Shown piece by piece: positions 37,644 through 47,622 of a DNA stretch of 64,000 nucleotides. This stretch comes from Pseudomonadota bacterium (GTDB taxonomy: Bacteria > Pseudomonadota > Alphaproteobacteria > Sphingomonadales > Sphingomonadaceae). Every line of letters starts with the position of its first letter. Within the stretch, counting starts at the first letter, position 1. Location: assembly GCA_039180285.1 (NCBI GenBank), contig JBCDDN010000001.1, positions 19,922-83,921 on the forward strand, given 5' to 3'. The position numbers and the translations under genes were made by a program. The notes under the pieces are model-generated. The model worked only from the letters and a program-made list of their open reading frames with translations, was not told where the DNA came from and ran no database searches.

Positions 37644-38482
37644 TTGCGAAGTTCCGGAAACATCTGCGGAAAAAGGACAAACGCCCGCCGCGCCCCGATG
37701 CAGACGGCGTGACCTATCGTCCACTCCGCCCGCTGATGGAGCGGATCGACGGGTGGCGTACGGTCATCGACGACGATCGGCAAAGGGCCATGTATGATCG
37801 TGTGACAGCATCCGTCGACCGCGACGCATATGCAGCGCTGCAGGAGCAGTATCGCGCCGAGATCGAAAGCAGCGACGAACTGGCTGTGACCAAATATGTC
37901 GACCTGGCGCCGTGGTTCATGATTCATTCGCGGATCGCCCGACTGCTGGATATAGACATTCGGCCCCGATGTTCGATCCTCGATATCGGAGCGGGCGGCG
38001 GGCAGTTTCTCGCGATCGCCAAGGCCTATGGCCATGACGTGCTCGCCTTCGACCAACCCAAGCCGACGGTTTATGGTGATCTGCTGAAACTCTACGGAAT
38101 TTCGAGGATCGAAGGCAGTGTAAAACTCGGCAAACCGCTGCCCGACCATATCGATCGTTTCGATCTCATCATGATCAACGGCCAGGTTTTTGACGTTTTT
38201 CCGCAAGACCGCAGCACGCGCTGGAACGTGCCGGAATGGGCGTCGCTTCTCGAATATCTGTGCAACACGCATCTCAACTATCCCGGCACCCTTTTCATCG
38301 GACTCAACAAATCGGCGGGACCGACGGGGACCGAAGACTTTCTCTGGCCCCTTATCGATCTTGCGGAAAGCCATGATGCGACCGTCGAACGTAAGCGCGC
38401 TACGATGCATTTCGAACTTGAAGAGCCGATTCGGTTTGACGAGGTTCCACATCTACCGTGGCTGGAGCTCGACGCTCAATGA
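37640..38482 (+). CDS. class I SAM-dependent methyltransferase-like protein, function unknown
   Basis: Trimmed to ATG 37640 (ATGA overlap with the ubiB stop). Motif I ILDIGAGGGQFLAIAKAYGHDVLAFD. Basic N-terminus. Confidence 0.6.
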   Translation: MIAKFRKHLRKKDKRPPRPDADGVTYRPLRPLMERIDGWRTVIDDDRQRAMYDRVTASVDRDAYAALQEQYRAEIESSDELAVTKYVDLAPWFMIHSRIARLLDIDIRPRCSILDIGAGGGQFLAIAKAYGHDVLAFDQPKPTVYGDLLKLYGISRIEGSVKLGKPLPDHIDRFDLIMINGQVFDVFPQDRSTRWNVPEWASLLEYLCNTHLNYPGTLFIGLNKSAGPTGTEDFLWPLIDLAESHDATVERKRATMHFELEEPIRFDEVPHLPWLELDAQ

Positions 38483-38519
38483 CTCGACAAAAACGCTCTG
38501 GATGCGCACATGCTGTCTT

Positions 38520-39719
38520 ATGAATGGCAAACGCATCCTGCTGGTGATCGGCGGCGGTATCGCGGCCTATAAATCCTGCGAACTGATCCGGCTGGTCCGC
38601 AAGGCGGGCGGAGATGTCACCTGCGTATTGACCGATGGCGGGGCACAGTTCGTAACGCCGATGACGCTCGCCGCGCTATCGGAAGAACAGGTCCATACCA
38701 ATCTCTGGGATCTTAAGAACGAGACCGAGATGGGCCATATCCAGCTTTCGCGCGAGGCCGATTTGATCGTCGTCTGTCCGGCGACGGCCGATCTGATGGC
38801 GAAGATGGCAGCGGGCATCGCCGATGACCTGGCGACAACGCTCCTTCTCGCGACCGATACTCAGGTGATGGCCGTACCCGCGATGAACGTGCGCATGTGG
38901 GATCATCCGGCAACGCAGCGCAATGTCGACCGGCTGCGTGAAGACGGCCTGATCGTACTCCATCCGGACGAGGGCCCGATGGCGTGTGGAGAATATGGCG
39001 AAGGCCGCCTGCCCGAACCCGAGGCCGTGTTCGCGGAAATCGAACAGGTTCTGGACGGCCGGACCGATGGGAATGCACACCCCCTGTCCGACAGGCATAT
39101 CGTCATCACGGCCGGGCCGACCCGGGAACCGATCGATCCGGTGCGCTACATCGCCAATCGATCGTCGGGCCGGCAAGGCTATGCGATCGCCGAAGCGCTG
39201 GCACGGCTGGGCGCCGAGGTGTCGCTGATTTCCGGGCCCGTTGCGCTGGACAAACCGCGCGGCGTCAGACGCATCAATGTGGAAACGGCGCTCGAAATGG
39301 AAGCTGCGGTCGATGCGGCGCTACCCGCCGATGTCGCGATCCTGGTTGCCGCAGTGGCCGACTGGCGCGCCGAAGCCTCTCTGCGCAAGATCAAGAAAGG
39401 CGAAACCGGCGGGCCGCCCGATCTGAACCTGATCGAGAATCCGGACATATTGGCCGGGCTCAGCACCCATGATCGACGCCCGGGCCTGCTGATCGGCTTC
39501 GCGGCGGAAACCGATAAGGTCGTAGGCCATGCCAAGGCGAAGCTCGACCGCAAGGGTTGCGACTGGATCATCGCCAACGATGTCTCCGGCGATGTTATGG
39601 GCGGCTCCGAGAATAGCGTCCATGTCATTACAGCCGAAGGCGTCGAAAGCTGGGATCAGATGTCCAAACATGACGTCGCCCGAAAACTTGCCGAAAGAAT
39701 CGCCGATGCGCTTGCCTGA
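38520..39719 (+). CDS. coaBC: bifunctional phosphopantothenoylcysteine decarboxylase / synthetase
   Basis: Trimmed to ATG 38520 ([19 protein letters not shown]). Flavoprotein N-domain plus a CoaB C-domain ([22 protein letters not shown]). Confidence 0.9.
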   Translation: MNGKRILLVIGGGIAAYKSCELIRLVRKAGGDVTCVLTDGGAQFVTPMTLAALSEEQVHTNLWDLKNETEMGHIQLSREADLIVVCPATADLMAKMAAGIADDLATTLLLATDTQVMAVPAMNVRMWDHPATQRNVDRLREDGLIVLHPDEGPMACGEYGEGRLPEPEAVFAEIEQVLDGRTDGNAHPLSDRHIVITAGPTREPIDPVRYIANRSSGRQGYAIAEALARLGAEVSLISGPVALDKPRGVRRINVETALEMEAAVDAALPADVAILVAAVADWRAEASLRKIKKGETGGPPDLNLIENPDILAGLSTHDRRPGLLIGFAAETDKVVGHAKAKLDRKGCDWIIANDVSGDVMGGSENSVHVITAEGVESWDQMSKHDVARKLAERIADALA

Positions 39720-40155
39720 GATCACGATTCGCCTGCAGCGGCTTCCTCACGGCGAAGGCCTTCCGATGCCGGCCTATGCAAGCGCCGGAGCTGCGGGAAT
39801 GGACGTCGTGACAGCGGAGGACTTTACCCTGGAACCTGGCCAGCGAATGGCGGTTCCCAGCGGCTTCGCGATCGCGATTCCGGACGGATATGAAGTGCAG
39901 GTCCGCCCACGCTCCGGCCTCGCCTTCAAACATGGCGTCACCTGCCTCAACACGCCGGGCACGATCGACAGCGATTATCGCGGCGAGGTGAAGATCATTC
40001 TCGCCAATCTCGGTACCCAGCCCTTCTCCGCCTTGCGCGGCGAACGGATCGCCCAATTGGTGCCTGCGCCCGTCCAGCGCGCCGTGCTGACCGAGGTCAA
40101 CGCACTCGACGACACGGAACGCGGCTCAGGCGGGTTCGGCTCGACCGGACGCTGA
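39706..40155 (+). CDS. dut: dUTP diphosphatase
   Basis: Trimmed to ATG 39706, overlapping the coaBC end. [14 protein letters not shown] and [11 protein letters not shown] motifs. Confidence 0.9.
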   Translation: MRLPEITIRLQRLPHGEGLPMPAYASAGAAGMDVVTAEDFTLEPGQRMAVPSGFAIAIPDGYEVQVRPRSGLAFKHGVTCLNTPGTIDSDYRGEVKIILANLGTQPFSALRGERIAQLVPAPVQRAVLTEVNALDDTERGSGGFGSTGR

Positions 40156-40164
40156 GCCGGGGAC

Positions 40165-40917
40165 ATGACCCTCACCGACGCACAGCTGGAGCGCTATGCC
40201 CGCCATATCGTGCTCAAGGAAATCGGTGGAGACGGCCAGAAAAAGCTACTCCATGCGACCGTCGCGATCGTCGGCGCAGGCGGGATCGGCTCGCCTCTGA
40301 TCCAGTATCTTGCGGCCGCCGGTATCGGCCGATTGCGGATCGTCGACGACGATACCGTCACGCTTTCCAACTTGCAGCGGCAGACGCTTTACGGCACGCG
40401 CGATATCGGCCAACCGAAAGTCGATTGCGCCGCAGACGCCGTCGACCGGCTCAATCCCGATACCGTCGTCGAGGCTATGAATGAGCGGCTCGGAGCGGAA
40501 AATATCGGAGGTTTTCTGGACGGCGCCGACATCGTGGTCGACGGCTCGGACAATTTCGAAACACGGTTGCGGGTGGCGGATGATTCGTATCGCAGGAGAA
40601 TACCCCTTGTCTCCGCCGCCATCGGCCAGTTCGACGGGCAACTGAGCGTCTTCCGCGGTTGGGAAGCCGACAAGCCCTGCTATCGCTGCTTCGTGGGCAC
40701 CGAGCCCGACCGTCCCGATGCCAGCTGCGCGGACCAGGGCGTGCTCGGGGCGCTGGCCGGCGTCATGGGCAGCATGGCGGCGATGGAAACGATTCGGCAG
40801 ATCGCGGGCTTCGGCGAGGACATGGCCGGCAAGCTGCTGTTGTTCGATGCGCTGAGCGCACGCGCGCGAACGCTCACTCTTCCGAAGGACCCGGGATGCC
40901 CGATATGCGCGGTCTGA
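40165..40917 (+). CDS. HesA/MoeB/ThiF family adenylyltransferase (no rhodanese domain)
   Basis: Has LERYARHIVLKEIGGDGQKKL, the nucleotide loop GAGGIGSP, and two CxxC pairs (CYRC, CPIC). Confidence 0.85.
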   Translation: MTLTDAQLERYARHIVLKEIGGDGQKKLLHATVAIVGAGGIGSPLIQYLAAAGIGRLRIVDDDTVTLSNLQRQTLYGTRDIGQPKVDCAADAVDRLNPDTVVEAMNERLGAENIGGFLDGADIVVDGSDNFETRLRVADDSYRRRIPLVSAAIGQFDGQLSVFRGWEADKPCYRCFVGTEPDRPDASCADQGVLGALAGVMGSMAAMETIRQIAGFGEDMAGKLLLFDALSARARTLTLPKDPGCPICAV

Positions 40918-41267
40918 CGATCATCCTGGCAAGCGTCGACCCCGAACGCTTTTATTCGGCCCTTTCGATTGCAGCGGCGCATGCCGCCACCGGTGTGGCT
41001 GTGCGGCTCTTCCTCGAGGGGCGAGCCGTCACTCTGCTCGCCGAACGCTCACCCGTCCCCAACGATGCCGATCGCAACGCCAGCGGCCTGCCGACACTGG
41101 CTGAAATGCGCGAAGAATCTACCCACCTCGGCGTTCGGCTGATCGCTTGTCAGGGTGGTATGGCGCTGGCAGGGTTGGAGATCGGCCAGCTCGGCCCGGA
41201 TGTAGACGCCGGCGGGCTGGTAGGGCTGATGACGAGCCTGCGGGATGATCGGCTCGTCACGCTTTAG
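40896..41267 (+). CDS. DsrE/DsrF-like small protein
   Basis: Trimmed to ATG 40896 (or 40905), overlapping the end of the MoeB-like gene. Small alpha/beta-type sequence with a single conserved-looking Cys in LIACQGG. The assignment is tentative. Confidence 0.5.
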   Translation: MPDMRGLTIILASVDPERFYSALSIAAAHAATGVAVRLFLEGRAVTLLAERSPVPNDADRNASGLPTLAEMREESTHLGVRLIACQGGMALAGLEIGQLGPDVDAGGLVGLMTSLRDDRLVTL

Positions 41268-41282
41268 TAGGGGAGGACAATC

Positions 41283-41687
41283 ATGACGCTACCCGTCACC
41301 GCCGCATTGGCCGTCGCCATGGCCACGCTCTTGCTGTTGCTTGCGATCGATACGGTCAGACAGAGATTCCGGACAACCACGGCGCACGGACTTGGCGACG
41401 ATCAACGGCTCACCAGCGCCAGCCGCTCGCACGGCAATCTCGCCGAACATGCGCCGATGGTCATCATCCTGGTCGCGTTGCTCGAATTGGCGCGCGCCGA
41501 CCATATGGGTCTCATGATCGTTTCGGGAGTCTTTATCGTGGCGCGCGTGCTCCACATTCACGGCCTTTACAATCCCAAGGAAGGCGGGCCGCCGCTCTCG
41601 CGGGCCATCGGCGTAATCCTGACCTGGATCGTCCTTGCGGTCTTGATCGGATGGACGCTCTGGCTGTTATCGACCCATCTCGGCTGA
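41283..41687 (+). CDS. MAPEG family membrane protein
   Basis: 134 aa with four hydrophobic helices. RAHGNxxE-like segment SRSHGNLAEH. Confidence 0.65.
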   Translation: MTLPVTAALAVAMATLLLLLAIDTVRQRFRTTTAHGLGDDQRLTSASRSHGNLAEHAPMVIILVALLELARADHMGLMIVSGVFIVARVLHIHGLYNPKEGGPPLSRAIGVILTWIVLAVLIGWTLWLLSTHLG

Positions 41688-41703
41688 CGGCTTGGCGGGC
41701 GGC

Positions 41704-44250
41704 TCAGGACTCCGCCTTTTTCTTCGCAGCAGGCTTCTTCTTTGCCGCCGTTTTCTTCTTTTTGGCGGGCGCCTTGCGCTTCTTCTTCGCTGGGCCTTTC
41801 GCAGCCCGCTCGTCGATCAGCTGCGCCGCTTCCTCGAGCGTCAGTTCGTCCTTGTCGACAGTTTTTGGGATCGTCGCATTGGTCGTACCGTCGGTCACAT
41901 AAGGACCGTAGCGCCCGTCCATCAGCTTGATCTCTTCCTCTGTGCGCGGATGCTTGCCGAGGACCTTGAGCGGCTCGCGCTGGCCCCGCCCTCTCCCGCC
42001 CTTGGTCTTCGCCTCGGCGATCTTCACGACCGCGGCGTTCATGCCGATCTCGAAAACCTCCGTGGTGGTTTCGAGTTTCGCATATTTGCCGTCATGCCGC
42101 AGATAGGGGCCATAGCGTCCGATCGCCGCCTCGATTTCTTTGCCCGTCTCCGGATGTTCGCCGACGATGCGGGGCAGAGATAGAAGCCTGAGCGCCATTT
42201 CCAGATCGACATCGGCGCGGGCGACATCCTTGGGGATGGACGCACGCTTGGGCTTTTCGCCTTCGCCCTGACCCATTTCCACATATGGGCCGAACCGACC
42301 CGTCTTGAACTCGATATCCTCGCCGCTTTCGGGATCCTGGCCGAGTATTTCGTCCTCGCCATGATCCTGCTGATCGCCGCCGCGCTGGCCGAACTGCCGC
42401 GTATACTTGCACTCAGGATAATTGGAGCATGAAATAAAGGCGCCATAGCGGCCGCCGCGCAATGCCAACTTGCCCTCTTTGCAACGCGGGCAGAGGCGCG
42501 GGTCGGAACCGTCTTCGGTCTCCGGGAAGAGCAAAGGCTCGAGAAACTTGTCGAGTTCGGCGGTGATGTCGGACGGCTTCTGCTCCATCACCTCATCGGT
42601 CTTGGGTTTGAAATCGTTCCAGAAGGCCGCGAGAATTTCCTGCCATTGCGCGCGTCCGCCCGAGATATCGTCGAGCTCCTCTTCGAGACCGGCGGTAAAA
42701 TCGTAACTTACATAGCGCTCGAAGAAACGTTCAAGAAACGATGTGACGAGCCGACCGCTTTCCTCCGGAAAGAAACGATTCTTGTCGACGCGCACATATT
42801 CGCGCGTCTTGAGCGTCTGAAGGATGGACGCATAGGTGGACGGACGCCCGATGCCGAGCTCTTCCATCTTCTTGACAAGACTGGCTTCCGAATAGCGAGG
42901 CGGCGGCTGGGTGAAATGCTGTTCGGCATCGACGCTCTTTTTCGCCGGCGCATCGCCCTCGCTCATCACCGGGAGCAGCTTCGAATCCTCATCGCCGTCA
43001 TCGTCGCGGCCTTCGGTGTAGAGCGCCATGAACCCTGGAAACTTAACGACCTGGCCGGTGGCGCGCAGCGCCGTCTGCCCCGTCCCTTCTTCCATCTCCA
43101 CCGTGGTGCGTTCGAGCCGCGCCGAGGCCATCTGGCTGGCCAGCGCGCGTTTGTAGATGAGTTCATACAGGCGCGCATGATCGGCGCTCCCGACCTTGTC
43201 GCGCGAAAACTCGGTTGGGCGGATCGCCTCGTGCGCTTCCTGCGCATTTTTAGCCTTGGACTTATACTGACGCGGCTTGTCCGGAACATAACTCGCATCA
43301 TAGCGGTTCGCGATCGCGCCGCGCGCGGCCGAGATCGCCGACCCATCCATCTGCACGCCGTCGGTCCGCATATAGGTGATCGCGCCATCCTCGTAGAGCT
43401 GCTGCGCGATCCGCATCGTATGGCTCGCGGCAAAACCGAGCTTGCGCGCGGCTTCCTGCTGCATCGTCGAGGTCGTGAAGGGCGGGGGCGGATTGCGGGT
43501 GAGTGGCTTGGTTTCCACCGAAACGATCTTGAACAGCCCCGCTTCGACATCGGCCTTGGCGGCCATCGCATCGCCTTCGCTGCCGATCGTCAGCCGCTCG
43601 ATCTTGTCGCCTTTCCAGCGGACGAGCCTGGCGGTGAACGTTGTGCCGTCCTGTTCCATCTGAGCGGCGATCGACCAATATTCCTGCGGCTTGAAAGCCT
43701 CGATCTCGCGTTCGCGTTCAACGACGAGCTTCAAAGCGACCGACTGGACGCGGCCCGCTGATTTCGCACCGGGTAGCTTGCGCCACAGCACCGGCGATAG
43801 CGTAAAACCGACCAGATAATCGAGCGCCCGCCGCGCCCGATAGGCATCGACTAGATCGTCGTCGAGACCTCTTGGATGGGCGATCGCGTCCAAGACGGCC
43901 GCCTTGGTGATCGCGTTGAATGCCACCCGCTCGACCTTGGCGGGAAGCGCCTTGCGCTTCTGAAGCACTTCTTGAACGTGCCAGCTGATCGCCTCGCCTT
44001 CGCGGTCCGGGTCGGTGGCGAGGATCAGTTCTTCGGCGTCCTTCGCCGCATCGGTGATCGCCTTTAGCTGCTTGGTCTTGTCGCCATAGGCTTGCCACTT
44101 CATCGCGAAGCCGTCTTCCGGGTCGACCGAACCATCCTTGGGCGGCAGATCGCGGACATGGCCATAGGATGCAAGCACGCGGTAATCGCCGCCAAGATAT
44201 TTTTCGATTGTCTTGGCCTTGGCCGGCGACTCAACAACTACAAGTTTCAT
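41704..44250 (-). CDS. topA: DNA topoisomerase I
   Basis: 848 aa. Toprim N-terminus MKLVVVESPAKAKTIEKYLG and active-site region GAITYMRTDG. Also has C-terminal Cys4 ribbons and a Lys-rich tail. Confidence 0.95.
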   Translation of the reverse strand: MKLVVVESPAKAKTIEKYLGGDYRVLASYGHVRDLPPKDGSVDPEDGFAMKWQAYGDKTKQLKAITDAAKDAEELILATDPDREGEAISWHVQEVLQKRKALPAKVERVAFNAITKAAVLDAIAHPRGLDDDLVDAYRARRALDYLVGFTLSPVLWRKLPGAKSAGRVQSVALKLVVEREREIEAFKPQEYWSIAAQMEQDGTTFTARLVRWKGDKIERLTIGSEGDAMAAKADVEAGLFKIVSVETKPLTRNPPPPFTTSTMQQEAARKLGFAASHTMRIAQQLYEDGAITYMRTDGVQMDGSAISAARGAIANRYDASYVPDKPRQYKSKAKNAQEAHEAIRPTEFSRDKVGSADHARLYELIYKRALASQMASARLERTTVEMEEGTGQTALRATGQVVKFPGFMALYTEGRDDDGDEDSKLLPVMSEGDAPAKKSVDAEQHFTQPPPRYSEASLVKKMEELGIGRPSTYASILQTLKTREYVRVDKNRFFPEESGRLVTSFLERFFERYVSYDFTAGLEEELDDISGGRAQWQEILAAFWNDFKPKTDEVMEQKPSDITAELDKFLEPLLFPETEDGSDPRLCPRCKEGKLALRGGRYGAFISCSNYPECKYTRQFGQRGGDQQDHGEDEILGQDPESGEDIEFKTGRFGPYVEMGQGEGEKPKRASIPKDVARADVDLEMALRLLSLPRIVGEHPETGKEIEAAIGRYGPYLRHDGKYAKLETTTEVFEIGMNAAVVKIAEAKTKGGRGRGQREPLKVLGKHPRTEEEIKLMDGRYGPYVTDGTTNATIPKTVDKDELTLEEAAQLIDERAAKGPAKKKRKAPAKKKKTAAKKKPAAKKKAES

Positions 44251-44321
44251 AAGACGAACGTTTCTCTCAGGTCAGGCGGGGTTCTCATACGCGTACGAGG
44301 ATGGGATGCAAATCGCGTTCG

Positions 44322-45020
44322 TCAAGCGAAGACGTCCTCAAGATCTTCCCGGCCCGTCAAATTTGCCAGCTGAATGTATGTCGCGAGACCCAATACCCAT
44401 CCGCCCGTCTGAACCGCCTGCAAGAGAAGATTGAGCGGCAGGTTAGTCCAAATACTGTAATCTTCCGGATAGGGTACGAAGAGGAAAAGCGCGACCGCGG
44501 CCGCGACATAAACCAAAGCCAGGATGAGGACGAGCAGCAGGATTTTCCAGAAATGCGGCGTAACGAGAGCTTTGCTCCGGCCGAAACTATCCATGACATT
44601 TTCGTTTTCAACGAGCAGCACGGGCAACACGACGAACCAGATCGTCATCAACCAGATACCCGGTATGACGAGTAAAACCAGGCCGAAAATCACACCGAGC
44701 GTCCATAGTATCGACTGCCCAAACGCCCTGAAATATCCGCCGAGCGTCGGGCTGCCGTCTTCATGATCGCGGCCGTCCAGAAGGCCTTTTTCGCGCGCCA
44801 ATCGAACGATCACGAGGATTTGCAGATAGAGGACCACGAAAGAGAACAGATTCTGCAGCGAGAAAGCGGTGCTGTCGTCCACGGACAGCTCGATGACGGT
44901 ATACCCCGCCGCCGCCGCCACCGTTACAACGAGCAGCATGAGCCAGTTGGATTCGGCGAGATTGAGCACCTCGGTCAGCACGCTCGAAATTTCGAAAGAC
45001 CGGTCTTCCGGATTATCCAA
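44322..45020 (-). CDS. polytopic membrane protein of unknown function
   Basis: 232 aa with 5-6 hydrophobic segments. It overlaps the dprA stop by 8 nt and sits between dprA and topA. Composition is somewhat more AT-rich than the flanks. Confidence 0.55.
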   Translation of the reverse strand: MDNPEDRSFEISSVLTEVLNLAESNWLMLLVVTVAAAAGYTVIELSVDDSTAFSLQNLFSFVVLYLQILVIVRLAREKGLLDGRDHEDGSPTLGGYFRAFGQSILWTLGVIFGLVLLVIPGIWLMTIWFVVLPVLLVENENVMDSFGRSKALVTPHFWKILLLVLILALVYVAAAVALFLFVPYPEDYSIWTNLPLNLLLQAVQTGGWVLGLATYIQLANLTGREDLEDVFA

Positions 45021-46131
45021 AGCTCACCCTTCCCCCGGCATGGCGCTCAAGCCTTCCGGCCAGTTCCAGCTCGAGCAGGATCGTCTGGACGACCGCCGGA
45101 GCGATTCCGGATTGCCGAATCAGCTCATCGACGGCAACGGGGACGAGACCCAGCAACTCGGTCACCGTTTCGCGCTGCTTCGCGTCAACGTCGGACGAAA
45201 TCGATTCCGGCTCATATCTCTCTCCCGACTCCTCGATACCCGGCACGTCAAAGGGCTGGAGCGTGCCAAGTACATCGTCGATATTCTGGATCAACGTCGC
45301 TCCGTCGCGGATCAGCTGGTTGCAGCCTTGCGCGCGCGGATCGAGCGGCGAGCCGGGCACCGCCATCACCTCGCGGCCGAATTCGTTGGCCTGTCTTGCG
45401 GTGATTAAAGAGCCCGATTTCGGGGCCGCTTCGACAACGATCGTTCCCATACCCAGTCCGGCGATGATCCGATTGCGATACGGAAAGTGGCGGGCCTTGG
45501 GTTCGCTGCCGGGCGGCTGTTCGGCCAAGAGTACACCACGTTCGGCAATATCGAGCTGCAACGCCTCGTTCTCCGGCGGATAGAAGATATCGATCCCGCC
45601 GGCAATCACCGCGATGGTACCGCTATCGAGTGCGCCCGTATGCGCCGCCGTATCGATCCCGCGCGCCAGCCCAGACACGACGACATAGCCTTCTCCGCCA
45701 AGCTTATAGGCCAGATCGCGCGCGAAGCGCCGGGCGGCTGCCGATGCATTCCGCGCGCCGACCATCGCAATGAGCGGCTTGGCGAGCAGGCTCAGATCGC
45801 CCCGGACGATCAAGGCCGGCGGGGCCGTTGGAATTTGCGCGAGCGCCGGCGGATAGGGCGACTCATGGAGAAAGACGTATCCCGCACCCAGCCGATCGAC
45901 CGCCGCCATCTCCGCCTCGATAGCACCAGGGTCGGCAAGTGTCGGCGCCCGTCCTCCGCCGCGCCGGGCAAGATCGGGAATCGCGTCGAGCGCTGCTTCC
46001 GCGGTTCCGAACCGCGCGAGCAACTGACGATAAGTGACCGGACCGATATTGCGGGATCGGGCCAGCCGCAGTTTCGCCGCGTGACGGGGGTCAACCATTG
46101 GCGGACGCGCCGACCTTGGGTTCCTCCCCAC
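45013..46131 (-). CDS. dprA: DNA-processing protein DprA
   Basis: 372 aa. Rossmann-like core with VVSGLARGIDTAAH and AVPGSPLDPRAQGCNQLIRDGA. Confidence 0.9.
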   Translation of the reverse strand: MGRNPRSARPPMVDPRHAAKLRLARSRNIGPVTYRQLLARFGTAEAALDAIPDLARRGGGRAPTLADPGAIEAEMAAVDRLGAGYVFLHESPYPPALAQIPTAPPALIVRGDLSLLAKPLIAMVGARNASAAARRFARDLAYKLGGEGYVVVSGLARGIDTAAHTGALDSGTIAVIAGGIDIFYPPENEALQLDIAERGVLLAEQPPGSEPKARHFPYRNRIIAGLGMGTIVVEAAPKSGSLITARQANEFGREVMAVPGSPLDPRAQGCNQLIRDGATLIQNIDDVLGTLQPFDVPGIEESGERYEPESISSDVDAKQRETVTELLGLVPVAVDELIRQSGIAPAVVQTILLELELAGRLERHAGGRVSFG

Positions 46132-46669
46132 GGAACAGTCGGCCGATATTGCTCCGATGCTTCCAGATCACGAGCAGGGCCAGCCCGGCAAACAGAAACA
46201 TCAGCGTCACATTGCCTTGCCAAAGCGCCGCGACCGGCAAAGCGATCGCCGCGCTGAGCCCGCCCAGCGAGGAAAAGCGGAACAGCGCCACCATCGCCAG
46301 CCAGATGAGAGCGAATATCAGCAGATAGATCCAGCCAAAGGCGAGCGCGATGCCGAGCAAAGTCGCCACGCCCTTTCCCCCCCGAAATTTGAGCCAGACC
46401 GGGTAGCAATGGCCGACAAAAGCCCCGAGCGCGGCAAGGCGCATCATCGATTCAGGATCGCCTCCAAGATAGGGCGCCAGCGTTACCGCCAGAAACCCCT
46501 TGGCGACGTCCAGCAACAAGGTCACGGCCGCCAGACCTTTCCGCCCGGTGCGCAGAACATTGGTTGCGCCGATATTTCCCGAACCGATCGCCCGCAGGTC
46601 TCCCGCCCCCATTGCCCGGGTCAGCAGCAAACCGAACGGCACCGAGCCGAACAGATAACCGACCAACAA
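46091..46669 (-). CDS. plsY: glycerol-3-phosphate acyltransferase PlsY
   Basis: GSGNIGATNVLR motif. The track start is TTG 46669. The frame stays open to 46711 without any ATG/GTG/TTG, so the true start is uncertain. Confidence 0.85.
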   Translation of the reverse strand: MLVGYLFGSVPFGLLLTRAMGAGDLRAIGSGNIGATNVLRTGRKGLAAVTLLLDVAKGFLAVTLAPYLGGDPESMMRLAALGAFVGHCYPVWLKFRGGKGVATLLGIALAFGWIYLLIFALIWLAMVALFRFSSLGGLSAAIALPVAALWQGNVTLMFLFAGLALLVIWKHRSNIGRLFRGEEPKVGASANG

Positions 46670-46824
46670 AGCCGATGCCGGCGCCAGCCAAAGGGGGGTA
46701 TCGAAAATGGCTTAGTCTCCTCTCGCGATCCGCCACGGTCTTGGCGACGCCGCTTCATGCGACAATGGATACCAAGATGTCCATCCGTTGCGGCCGGGCG
46801 CGCTTGGCCATATGGCAATCCGCC

Positions 46825-47622
46825 ATGCACGCCGATCAACCTCTTTTACTGCTGGATACGGGCGTCGGCGGACTATCCGTCCTTGGTCCGATCACGGCTC
46901 TGCTTCCCAATGCGCCGATCGTCTACGCGCTCGATCAAGCCGGCTTTCCCTATGGTCAGAGGCCGGAAGCGGAACTGGCCGCCCGGGTGCCAGCATTGCT
47001 GGGGCGGCTTGCCGAGCATGTCGATGCGCGGCTTGCCGTGATCGCGTGCAACACAGCATCGGTGATCGCGCTGGAACCCGTGCGCGCGGCACTGGCGATT
47101 CCGATCGTCGGAACGGTGCCCGCGATCAAGCCGGCCGCAGCGATCTCCCAATCGCGGGTGATCGGCGTACTCGGCACCGCGTCGACGGTCCGCCAGCCCT
47201 ATGTCGACAATCTGTCGCGCGAATTTGCAAGCGATTGCACCGTGCTGCGCCACGGCACCCACGATCTCGTCGCGCTGGCCGAATGCAAGATGCGCGGCGA
47301 GGAAACCGCGCCCGGGAGTTACGCGACCATACTCGACGGTCTGTTCAGCCAGCCCGGCGGCGACAGGATTGACACCATCGTCCTCGCCTGCACCCATTTT
47401 CCGCTCGTCGAGGAGGAGTTGCTGGCGGCAGCGCCGCAACCCGTTACTTTTGTTCATGGAGGGGACGGCATCGCCCGGCGCGTTGCCCATTTGACCGAAG
47501 AGCAACCCTGGCCCGACGCGCCCTTGCCGGGCCGCGCGATCTTCATCTCCGACGGCAGCGATCCCGCTCCGCTCTATCCGTGCCTTCGCAGGTATGGAAT
47601 CGACATTTTCGAACAGCTTTAG
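46825..47622 (+). CDS. murI: glutamate racemase
   Basis: Trimmed to ATG 46825 (MHADQPLLLLDTGVGGLSV). Catalytic Cys motifs IACNTAS and LACTHFP. Confidence 0.85.
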   Translation: MHADQPLLLLDTGVGGLSVLGPITALLPNAPIVYALDQAGFPYGQRPEAELAARVPALLGRLAEHVDARLAVIACNTASVIALEPVRAALAIPIVGTVPAIKPAAAISQSRVIGVLGTASTVRQPYVDNLSREFASDCTVLRHGTHDLVALAECKMRGEETAPGSYATILDGLFSQPGGDRIDTIVLACTHFPLVEEELLAAAPQPVTFVHGGDGIARRVAHLTEEQPWPDAPLPGRAIFISDGSDPAPLYPCLRRYGIDIFEQL

